A stretch of DNA of 63,938 bases, counting the filler, from Perkinsus olseni (lineage: Eukaryota): NCBI GenBank assembly GCA_013115125.1. It is 3 parts of 3 records of this genome, joined end to end, with 100 filler letters (N's around TTAATTAATTAA, not from the genome) between each part and the next. Parts side by side here need not be neighbours in the genome. Positions count along the whole stretch, not along the records: positions 22,172 to 44,236 come from JABANN010000547.1; 2 more parts are not named here. One strand, written 5' to 3'. Position 1 is the first letter of the stretch. Each line of letters opens with the position of its first letter. This document shows, piece by piece, positions 23,315 to 35,500 of this stretch. The translations under genes and the position numbers were made by a program. The notes below the pieces were generated by a model. The model was given only the letters and a program-made list of their open reading frames with translations, did not search any database and was not told where the DNA came from.

Positions 23315-23986
23315 CTAAGTATTCGTGAGAGCTGCAGTTGAATGGAGCTTATGCGAACTAGGCCCTCCAAGTCTAGGGAGCATCTTCACATGCTTAACAA
23401 CAATGGACTCAGAAATACCAGTGGCCAGGATGGAATACCCAATCCCGAACGAGGGCTCAGCGGATTGTTGGTTGAAAGCCATAATGGACCAAAAGCTGCA
23501 ACACATCAAAGACCCCTCTCGGTGGACGAACTGTAACAACCAATCGTCCAGAAGAGCATGAGAAGTGCAGATCACTCAGGAGCGCTCTCTAAAGAGATTC
23601 TTCGACAACATCAGCGCACAGTCGAGGATATGACGAAACTTACCTATCTGTTCTACTAACGAGACTGATCCCCTGTTCGAGAAGGGTTGTTGAACAGATC
23701 CTCCTTGGAGTTCCGACGGCGTTCTCAGGATTGAACCAAAAGCGCAAAGAGCCACTCGGGAGAGAGCGCCTACAGCTCAGGAGAGGTCTATTGAACTCCA
23801 CGAGTGGTTTTGGGAATCGAAATCGCCGTTCCCTCCATACACGCGAAGTTCCAGAGCCTTCTCCGAGTGCCAGGATTAGTTAGCTTCAAACCACCCGAAG
23901 CCTCGCAGCCCACGAGTTCCGTAATTGGTAACCAAAAACGAAGCAGCCAACAACACAACGGACAGCGCTTTCATAGCATACACCAT
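23315..23986 (-). CDS. Possible multi-exon secreted hypothetical protein
   Basis: Signal-peptide-like start MVYAMKALSVVLLAASFL and a GTAAG...AG intron-like segment near 23600-23645. Exon chain not resolved. Confidence 0.3.
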
Positions 23987-23987
23987 G

Positions 23988-26900
23988 TCACGTCTTTAGC
24001 GCCAGAAAACCGGCGGCTCCTGCTCGGACCCAGATGTCCTCCTCACGGTCACTTGGTATATCAATATAGAGGACGAAGTTAGTCGAATGCCCGGTCGTCA
24101 ACAGCGTGCCTCGTCGACTGACCACCTTGTAGATTGGACACTGCAGGATGCTCTTCGGCTGCTCTCGATCTACCACCGGTAGAAAGTGTATCGGAGGCAG
24201 CTCACAGAAGAGCTCCTTCGGCAGGGACTCCGCTAGGAGATGGGCTGAACCAAGAGCACTTAAGGAACACTATCCAGGCAGGCCTACTGGTCGAGTCCCA
24301 TCGGCAGCCTTCGAGGAAAATGCCGTACACGTAGACACCCTCAGAAGCTCGTTCCTACACAAGGGGGATAGCTACCTCGGGCGAGCGCGAAATCACTTAC
24401 AGTAATTTGACCGACTTCACGATCGTCCAGGATGGTAAAGTCGAACGCCAGTCTGTCGATCGCCACCTTCTTAGCTCTCGAGAAGTTCTACGAGAAGACG
24501 GACGAGGAGAAGGAGGTGGACCCGGAGAGTCCCCTACCTGCAGCGTTCCGGTGAGAAATGCTTGAGGGAAGAACAACCCGCTGATCCAAAAGGCCGGAGG
24601 CACCCCACTTCGAACCCACTTCTCCATGAAGGCAACGCGATCGATGAGGTCCGATACCCTGAATGGCAACGACGCTGGAGGAAGTCTCTGACGAGCGTCT
24701 GAGGCCCACCAGGAGCTTAGCGGCTTCAACGATAGGAAGCCTCTGTCGGACCATGCCTCAGGCACTTGGTTCGTCAAGAATGCGTTGCCCATCTGACGCG
24801 TATGTCCCACGAGGCTAGCGCACTGCAAAGGATACCTTCTCGAGCGACTCGCTCATCACGACCAGACCCTTCAGAGCCTTTTGAAGCTCCGGAACGGTCG
24901 ATCTGATCTCGTTCAGCAGGCGATTATACCGCAGAACCTGGCGAGGTGAATCCAAGATACGCTGACACCGAGGCTGAGGACCTCCTGTCTGAGGACAGTG
25001 TTCATGCTCTCCTCATAGAGAGGAGGATAGGCCTCCTCTACAGCCAACATGTCGAACAACGGAGGCACCTACATACGGCAGGAATTATACGATACGAAGC
25101 CGTCAAGGCGAGCGAGAGTGTTTCCTGAGAACTAGTGATCCTAAACGGAACTCGGGGTTGGCATCAACATCCCCAAGAACCTCTAAAATCAAAGTATCAG
25201 CGAAAGTAACTCAATAGTCCTTCACGCTGAACCACGATCCTGTCATACAAGCTCAAAAGATACGCCCTCACCTTGCTCAGCACTTCCTCGGCCACCCCAC
25301 TCATCACATCAGCTGTGGACTGCCCGCTGGCGCCACTCCCCGTCTGCGGCGCCATCGACAGGATACCTGAGCGGCAGCTCTTCAGCACGAGGCGAAGAGG
25401 CAAGGCGGCCTACCAGCGAGGAGCTCAGCGGACTCCTGCTTGGCAAAAGCGATACTGCAGTTCTCATGCATACCAAATACCTGCCAGAGTCAGCTCACCC
25501 TCACTCCCATCATGAGCAGTTCGGCACCTCCGGCGAAGGCTCTAGCGGCAAGGACTTGATATAATCCATGAACGCCTCTTGCGTGCTGCCATCTGGACAA
25601 TAATAGAGGCCCGACGCCGAGTACCTGGCCATCCACCACCACTGCCAGCAGCGACACCACCATCACGATGCTCTACTTGTATCCCCCAGAGCCTCGCCTT
25701 TCGACCACACCAGGGCAGATGAAGGTCCGCAAGATGCACTCTATCAAGCGCTTGTCCTTGTCGTCGGTGACACGTCCCCCATAGTTAATCGCCGCGCCTA
25801 GGTAGTTCAGAACTTTATACGGTATTTCATCATAATCATCAATGAACAGCTTCAATTGTCGACGGCAAACCATCAGGTCCTCCATGGTAAATCCGTAGGG
25901 GATGTTCCACCCGATAGGGCCGAATTTACGCCGCTCTTGAACGACCGCGTGGAAGAAGCAAAAGCCGAACAGAAGAGGTTGGAAGACCTCCGGCTTCGAG
26001 CAGTCGTTCAACGTTTTATCATCCAGTCCAGCGTAGCTCCTCAACAGGTTCGCCCGAAGTCCCTTGGGAGGCTCGTTGGTCATCTTCACGCCATTCTGCA
26101 GCAGCAGCGGCGGGAAGGCTTTGCTCGGCATCGACGTCAGCCACAGTCGGAAAGTCGGATTGACGTCCTCTCCACTTAGCTGTTCGCAGATCTGCTCCAA
26201 CTGAGGCATCCAGCTGATGGCCAGGTGACAGTTCTGCAGCAGCACCCAACCTCCTGATTTCGTCGAATGCTCAATCATCCTCGAGGCCTTCGGACCCTGA
26301 CCTTGCCCGAGAGAGATGCTCTCCAACCGATTCGACATGTGTTTCTCCTCAGCAAACGTGAGCATGTCAGCAACCGGGTCGGAGCCCGCAGAGAGGACGA
26401 AGATGAGGGGCGTTAAGCAAGTGGAGTCGCCGTAGGACAGGGCGATGTCGAAGGTGGGCGGCTCGACGAACTTTCTGCCGAGCTTCTCCGTCACGTACTC
26501 AACAACAGCGTTGGTTATCTTGCCAGGTCGGATGGTGCGCAGTATTAGCATCTTCTGGAGGGAATCCAAGGCTTCATCAAGGCCAGCGGGAAGGGGGCAC
26601 TTGTGCGCTTCTGGGTCGTCGTAAATGCACTGAAGAGATTCCATGACAGGAGACATCATGCTGGGCGGCAACTTACTCGGAATCCATCGATATTGGCGGC
26701 AACGGTATCGGCGAGGCCTTTGAAGGCTGGCAGGGTGGACAAGGTGAGAATCTCGTTCCACTCCGTCGGACCGATCCTGAGCATCATCATCATCATCATC
26801 ATCATCGCGGGCTTCTCCAACTTCACCACGTATCAACATAAGATTCCACTCCACGACGACTCACCATTCAGCGGGCGGCTCAGCAGGCCCCTCCGCCTTC

Positions 26901-29471
26901 CCTCTCGGTCCCGTCAGCAGGAACCCCAGCTCCGCTTCATCTAAACGCAAACGAGTCTTCGGCGTGTCAGCTGCCCCTCTCTGCTGCTCACCGATCTCAT
27001 TATTCCCCTGCAGGATCTTAAGACACAGCGAGAAGGAGAAGAGCAGCTTGTGAGCTTCAAAGAGAGCTCGACAGACGTTCTGGTAAACCGAATAGGTGAG
27101 GAAGTCGTTGAGGATATTTAACCGTTCGTTGAGCACCTCGAAGGCAAATAGTGAGAATATTATCGCAGCCACTGCGCTCAGAATTCACACGACAACCCTA
27201 TCTCCCCAATCATGAAGCAGATAAACTTTCCTCGTGCTCTGCTACCACAACTCCCACAACCACTATCACTGGGCAGGGCAACCGACCAGATCTCACCTCG
27301 CTCTTCGGGGCATTGTCGATTCCCATACTGAGGAGGTTCTGATACCACTGTAGCGAAAACTGGTACATGGGGTCAATGGTGATGAGCTCCACGATACAAA
27401 AGAAAATGAGGCTCGATCTGAACGCCACCGGTCTGTATGACGTCCGCGCCTCATCGATCTCCTTTTCTGTCACCTAACACCACCACACCGTACGGCAGCC
27501 CTTCGAAAGGTACACGGCGGCGACCCACCTTGGCCTCCTCCACTTTAGTGTTGATGACAGCGCTGGTCTCTTTACTCACAGCAAGAGTGTTGATGAGAGT
27601 TTCATCTTCCAAAATATCCCCCTCGCTCGAAGCGAGAAGCCTCAAGATCTCATCCTCGATGGACTTCAACTGTTTCGCCATGTCTGCGTTGTCCTTCAAC
27701 AACTTCGCCTTCTTCTCCTCCAGCTCCGGCGCTTCCTTCGCCACAACAATACCCAGCATTTGATCAACGAGGCCGTCCATAGTAATCGCAAAGTTCAACA
27801 GAGTAACCTTCACTGAAGTTTCCGGTGAGTAGTGAGGGTTCGGCAAAGTGGTCGTAATGAACAGCCTAAATGACTCGGCATAGGTCACCGTCTTATCGCC
27901 AAGCTTAATAACATAACCAGAGCCGTCCTTAATTTTCTGCTGCAGCAAGATGGGTTCCAGGGCCGGGTCCAGCTCCTCTCCGACGTTCTCCAGGAGAATC
28001 CACTTACCGAACTGGATGCCCAGTTCGAGCGTCCGAAGGAAGTTCGGGTCGCTAAGCTTGCAAGTCTCAATACCGGCCTCGCTCTGCTGCTTCCCAAGGT
28101 TCTTTATGAACTTATTCGCCTGCCGCTGGGGGTCAATCATCAACGGCCAACGCCTGCTAGTGTCGATTATGATAGCATTCTCGACGGAGAGAGTATCTTG
28201 CGGCAGACTACAGACGACCCATTGTTGTATCTTTACGGGCTCCCCGAGGACCTTAAAAAAGGAGAAGAAGAGGAACCTCGCCGAGAAATCGACAGCAGTT
28301 TTACCTCGAGCATTCGGCAGCCGGGTGAGTATTCGACCCCTTCCTTCTCACATGTCTCCATCCACCTAAAGAAACACATTCCACCATCACGTACCCTCTA
28401 CGTAAAACTTCGTTAATTCGGCCCAGTGATGCTACTGTGATGACGAAAGAAATGATCCGAGCCTTTTCTGACAATCTCGGCGAAGGATAGAAACAAAAAC
28501 AAACTTCGCTCCGCCTATAAGACAGAACGGTATCCTCCCCGAGAACATACTCGTGCTCAAAGCCAGTACGATAAGAGGCCACGAAAGGACCAGCATAAGA
28601 TACCATACCCGCAGCGATGAGCGCATCACCAGGGAGCAACTCGTACCTGAGAAGCACGAGGAGATAGACCAGTGGCAACAGCAAAATCCTGAGTCAATCG
28701 TGTCAGTTAGTGTAGAGAAAAATGGTTCTCGAGCCTTCCGGATGTTTCAAGCTCGAAGTTGCAGATACTCTGCAAATCGAAAGGAATAAGAGTAGATGAC
28801 AAAAAGTAGGACGTTACTAGAGTCCATAACAAAAAAGGGCCACTATGCCACATGCAAAAATGAGGCTGCTATGCCTGCACGTGGGCTCCGAGGCAGGAGT
28901 ACTCAGATACTGGCTGAATGCGTCATCACTGCTTCAAGTGCTCGATCAACGTTCTCAGATCGGGTGGAATAACAGCATTATCTTTCCACGACAGAATGTA
29001 TGATTACTTTTCACTGAGACTCTTCACGTTGCTAGTCCATCGATCCTTCTCCCCACCAAGGCCTCCGATAAGTTTATTCGCTCGCTCCAGTTTAACCTGT
29101 TGTCGTACCACTCCCTCACCAAATCGTCTGGCCCAGCGATCCCTCTCCCTACCGCACACTGCTCCATGTCATGCTTCAGCTGCTCCTGCTTGGAAACAGC
29201 GTCGTTATAATCCTTCTCCAGCTTAGCCAGCTTATCCTCGACACCTGTCCTCCAAGATACTCCTACAATACTGACAATCGAAGATCAGTCCTCACCTTTC
29301 AGTTCGGCCCGTGCTGCCTCCAGCTGGCTCATCGTAACACTGAGCTCTTCCTCAGCCGCCATCAACTTCTGCCTCTTCGGTTCAACACTCCTTGCAACGT
29401 GATGATACTTAAACATAGCCCTCGCCCACATACAGAGTGCCTGGACACCACCACGATCAACAGACGACTAC

Positions 29472-29503
<32 letters not shown>

Positions 29504-32500
29504 GGACACTAGAAAGTTCTCACCTCACACGCAACCGAAGCCTTCTTGATGGCAGCTGGGTCGAAGTCTTCCCTGTTGATGTATGGTTCGATATTGGAGA
29601 TCACCTGCCATCGAATGACCATAATCCTCGACGGAGACCTCCGACCTTGTCCGGGATGTTATCCTTATCGTAAGCGAAGAGTTTCTCCAGCAGGCCTTTC
29701 GGATCGCTCAGCACCTGACGTCAAAGTGCTTTCTTCCTACTCATGGCCAATCGCTTCTTGCGCAGGCGTTTCCAGTCGAATGCCCTTAGCGAGAACATCC
29801 CATTGGGGCATGATATCGTCCGTCTCCCATCCTTGCGTCGAACACGAACACCAGCGAAGCAGCAACACTCCTCCCGGACTCGATCCTTGTTTTCCTTGCG
29901 CTATCTTCGTCAAGGAATCAGACCATGATTACACTATGGGTTTGCTTTGCCGTGCCGTACCACGGAAAATTCACAGAAGAGCTGAAACTGACCTGGCTCT
30001 TGGCGCTCTCCCAATAATCGGCAATCTTCTTGCCAGGCCTCTCTGGATCGTTCTTCATCGTGGGTTTAACCTACACGAAAAATGCAACACCCTAGAATCG
30101 AACCCACGCCCTTTCCATTACGAGCCGCAAATCCTACCTCGAACATAATGCAGATCGCCTCCAAAGTGAGCTTCACTCCGCCTGGGGGATTAGCCAGAGC
30201 CTTGACCTACAGCCACTTCCCCAGTCATAGCACAGGTCGCAATCCACAGCCGAGACGCACCTCCTGGATGTGGCTGAGCTTCAAGCTCTTCAAACACTGC
30301 ACCGCCACCTCTAAGGCGGGTAGGGCCTCGTCAAGGTCCTTCTGAGCATCGTCCTTGATCTCCTGGGCCACTGCTGCCTGTGCTGTGGCCTCCTTCTCCT
30401 GAGCAACAGAAGACCAGATAGCCCACCTAGCCGAGGGTGTACATCAAAAGGACATAAGATCCAATAACAGAGACAGACGGCCACCACGGCAATAGCTTCG
30501 ACAAGCGTCAACCACGAAACCAACAGTTTGTATATAGCAGTGGCACAGTATATTTTATAAAAACAGTGTTGATAAAAACACTGTTTTCAGTCTTTACAGT
30601 ATTTTGGATCATTTTGTGGGTTAAGAAGGAAGCCTTTAAGTCAGAAACCACTTTGCAAGTGCTGATTCGGCAGTGAGAGTCCTCGCTTGCGGCAACTATC
30701 TCTACTAACCTGCTTGGCCACAGCTTCCTTCGTAACAGCAGCCTTGGCCTTGTCCTCAGTGATAACAACCATCATCTCCGCTACCTGACCAAGGAGCGTC
30801 CAGCGTGAGCCTCAGAGACAATGGACGAGACGATGTTAGACTCATCATCGCAAACAGGAATTTCACTGTCGGAAGAGGCTTCGACGCAAAAGCGCTGGTG
30901 AAAATACTGGCTTTCGCGCGGACCCTGCATGCTATCGCTGTATACCGTCAATCGCTTGGAAAAAATGTCTCTGGCTTTCAACACTCATACCACTCCATCG
31001 CGAATACAATGTTCTTTGAAGTACGGTGTTCTCTCACCGTGCACTTCTCTTGAAAACAAACTTTTCCAGTAGAGTTATCTCTCAGCCCTTTAAATTGGAT
31101 CCTCATATCGTTTTAGTGAGCTCAATAAGGAAGCTCCTCACCTCCTTAGAAGTCTTTTCCAGTACAGGCTGCATCGCCACCAACTCCGTCTCCATCACAG
31201 CCACCTGCCGTCACCATCAACTACCGCGTAGAACAGCAGCAGCCGGCCTACCGCTTGGCCAGCCTCGCTCAGCTTGTCAAGTCCACTCTGAAAACGCTGC
31301 CGCAAGGTCTCAACTTCGAGTCTTTTATCACCAAGTATCTGACCGGGACTTGAGCTGAGAAAATATAAGATTGATCAAGAATGCAAGATCGCCTGGTTTA
31401 TAACTCCTTCAGGCAACTCCAGCCGAACTGACCTTCTTAAAATTGGAGATGAGCGTGAGATAGCTGGTCGGAGTGACATAGCAATGGCGCTTGAGCTCAG
31501 CCTTGAACCGAAGGCTGGCCGCCTCTACGCTCTGATGGACCACTCGGAAGGTGACCAACACTCCCTCTGTATTGGGCAGCTTGGTGTCCTGAGGCGGGAT
31601 GATACCACTCCGAAGCACAGAGGAGAGGAAAGCCTGTAAGTAGGCAAGAGGAAAGAGAAATCAACGGCACGAACAGAATGGAAAAATGAAGAGAACCGAA
31701 AATAAAGACGATTGTTTTCGACAAGGGGGAAAAGGGCGAAACCGTAAAGTCAATGGTAACGATACAAGAATCTTCAAACACACAAGAGCTTCAAACGACC
31801 TGTAGCCCGCGGGCCCCCAAGGGTGGATAACCCTGAAGGTTCAAGAACGAGGATGTTACATCAGCGATAAGCTGCTGCTTGGCCACGCTGTAAAGGGCGT
31901 CGGCCGGCCACTCGGCGAACCAGTCAATTGTACAGCAGTTGACAAGGGAAGGGAACATACGCAATCTCGTACGGAAGGCGTCTCCCACTGGAGAAAATGC
32001 CAGGACCTAAGGTAGGGCCCAGGTTCGAATCCCACGCCCTGCATTTTCTTATCACCCACCACATGAATATTCCTCTTGACCCTAGTAAGGTAGGTATTAA
32101 ACAGGTTCGTCTTCGTTGGTTGTAAACCCGCTTGAGTGCAGGCTGCTCGGCAAGTCTGACTGATGGCGTCCATGTCTTCCAATTTGTATCTATCACCAAT
32201 ACGATGATCTTCTTCCTTCTGCTTCGCTCCGCCCCAATGGACAACCATCCAAGCTTTTGACTCGAGGAGTATAAGATGAGCCGAAAGACTCATCCGTCCC
32301 ATATACTCTTCATGAGCTCCTATCACCGCCCTCGCATTATACAGGTACATTTGAGCGCAGTTTTTCATACCACACCAAACGTAACTCGTAAGTATTGGCC
32401 TGACTCCTTCCCACACCTACAGGTTAGGCACATCGCCCGAATTCAGCACGTTGTTGATGGCCTCGACCATCTGCTCATTGACGATTTGGGTGTCGCAGAA

Positions 32501-35500
32501 GAGAAACATTTGCGGTTTGTTATCACAGCCGCTGACCAGCAGACACTTCCGAAGGTCATCCCGGAACTCATTCATGCCGTATCTGCGAAAGAAAATATCT
32601 GCATCGCTCCGCTAAGACAACGTTACCCTTTCGCCACTTCTATCTGGAAACATTCAAAGTCCGAGATGAAGCTAGCCAGCCGAGAAAGGCTTTGGCGGCC
32701 GCTGCCACCCACGCCGAGGAGGAGAGCATTGCCACTGGGCTGGCGAATAACCCTGAAAAATGTCCTTGCCAGGGATCGAACCCGGGCACTGGATCGACCT
32801 GCATATCCTAGCCACATGCTCACAGGCGTTAAAGAACATGACCAGCGGCATCTGATGCGTGCTAGAGTTGTTGTAGTCGTCCAAGTAGGTCTGAGAAGCC
32901 CCAGAATTCACCATCCTGCTGCTGCCCTCTGAGGCCCACCCTACCTCCATCGTTGCCTGTATCTTCGAGAGATCTTCGACCTCGACGTAGTACTTCTCGT
33001 CACCCGTCGATAGGAAGTCCCCAAAGACAAGCGACGGCTTATCATACACCTGATAAAACCAAGCGTAGCTGAACAGCATCAATGACGTCCTCCCCCTACC
33101 TCTTCCTCCGTAGGGCCCTTAAACAGCGGGATACGCTTCCTGCACTGGCTGTTGAACCATGCCCTGTCCTCATCATTGATCAGCCTGTCGCCGTACACTC
33201 TCGTGTTCTCATGGCACCAACAACGAATCACCACCACAACTTCGCTAACATTCTTCGGTGACAAAGAGCAAATACCTGAACAGGGGCATGGCGAGGGTGG
33301 GCATTCCCGGGACAGCACCACCTTGAAAGACCTTCCAGATGTCTCGAAGGTTGAATGTATAATGGCTCTTGGCGGGCGTGGGCAGCAGCTCCCTGTGGAC
33401 CATCTCGAAGATGTCGTAGGCAGCCGACACCAATGGGTCCTTCAGCGCTCTGATAGGCTCCTCGAAGCGGGCCAAGAAGTACTCGACGATCGTCTTGAAG
33501 ATAGTCTCCACCGAGGACCGCTGCATATCAATCGCACAGATCATATTGTGATGTCTCTTCAGCCTCTCAGTTATGAAAGTTCGACCGCCCCCCGGAGGGC
33601 CCATCGCGGTGATGTAAGTGGTATCAATAATCGCCTGGAAGGTGAGCTCCTTACGGTCATACCACCCGCCATGGTCGTGCCACTGCCTCAGCAGCTCTAT
33701 CGGCGGCTGAGCACCATAGTATTCCTTCTGGGGCATGTTCAGGTCGTCCACGAAGATGACCAACTGCTTGCCGGCCGGCGGACCAAACACGCCCCTCCGT
33801 CGCTTCTCCGTTTTCGAATCTATCAAGTCTTGCAGTTGATTCACATGAGTTTGGGCCGAGAAATTGACGAAGACGCTTTGGTATGTCTCAGGAGCTTCCT
33901 TCTGCAACCACTGCGCCGTGTGAATACTCTTGCCCGTGCCGGTGTTGCCGAAGATCAGCACATGGTTGCCAGCGGTGACCAACTTACCCATCACATGAGT
34001 TAGTTGTATGCTGTCGATGGTCGGGACAACTATCGCATCGTAGGCGGCGTTGCGAGGTATCTCGAAGTGAGGGACGGTATCGAGCCACTTGGTCCACTTG
34101 TAGCCGGGGACCTGACTGTCCTCCACCTCGAAGGGAGCACAACACCTAACAAAATGACAGCAACAATACAAGATCCAAAATAGTTCCCACAAGGCCTTCG
34201 AAACCGGCCTTTGAAAAAAAACCATCTGAAGCGAGCGACTCTGAACTCCTCTACAGCCGGAAGAGAAGCTTATCCTCTGCCATATTGTTATTACAGTTAC
34301 ACCTACTAATGGCCCTTCATATAAGATAATATACTATGCTTGAAAAATCGACAGCATCATTGCGGTGAGTGCGAATCCCATAGTAAACCACACGATTATG
34401 ATTGCTAAATAGTATTGTATTGTGAACCTACAAAAATCTTCCTTACATCTCATAGACGCAGCCACTGGTATTCATGCGGAGGAGGGTTCTGTCGAAGCCC
34501 ATATCTTCACCATGTCCGATGAACCAACGGCTGAACTTGGGTCGGCTGTCTGCATCACAGGAAGCCCCGATAGACCACACAGCGCAGAAAAGGAAGATGT
34601 CTTGAAGATAGTCGGAGCCGAGCTTGGATACGTCCGCTGGGGTGACCTTGCGGCCTTCCTTCATCTCGTACTTCTCGAAGAAGCAATCCATGAGACGGAA
34701 GAATGACCGGAGGAGGTTGTTGTCAACTGTACCTGAAGGACCGTTCTAATAGCGTAATGGTAAAGCTACGAACTATCAACGCACCGGTCGTAAGGTCGAC
34801 CCCACCTACTTGCTATTTCTTTGGTATTTCTTCTCACGAAGGTGATAGCCGGCAGACAGAAGTTTCTCGTCCACCTCCGGAGATGCTGTTTAATATCATC
34901 GGTGAAGTTATTAGGCAGCCTCTCGATCCAGCATTCCACCAGAGGCTCCAAGCCCAGCGCCGTCGGCTCCATGAAGACCATACCACACCGACTCACCGTG
35001 GCCGGCGAGGCAACTGCAAGGTCCTCCACTTCGAAGATCATCCGAACCTCCGGGGTGAGAGAGATGATCTCGCCGCTTGTCAGACAGAGCTTCTTATTGT
35101 CATCAAGGACAGTGTTCATCGACTCGATCCACAGGGCATCGACCGGCCCATCAAAGATCACCCACTGGTTGTCCGGACTGCCAGCCTTGTTGTCGTTAAC
35201 CGCTCGACGGAGGAGCTCCGAGGCGATACCGTCGCTCCATTCGTGAGTTACCTCGTCGAAGGCGCCGTACAGCTGCGCTTGCGTGATGGCCTTCGGGTTG
35301 AGGATGTGGGTCTGGACACACTCGTAACCAGCGTCACCGTCCTTCTTCAACTTCGTCATGGTCTGCTGGAGCATTCGGTAGTTGGTCGTTTTACCAGCAC
35401 CCGTTGGCCCGACAAGCATCATACCATGGCGGACCTTCAGAGTGTCCAAAAGTTGCACCACTTTAACCACGAACCATTCGGTGCCTTGTACGTTATTCTT

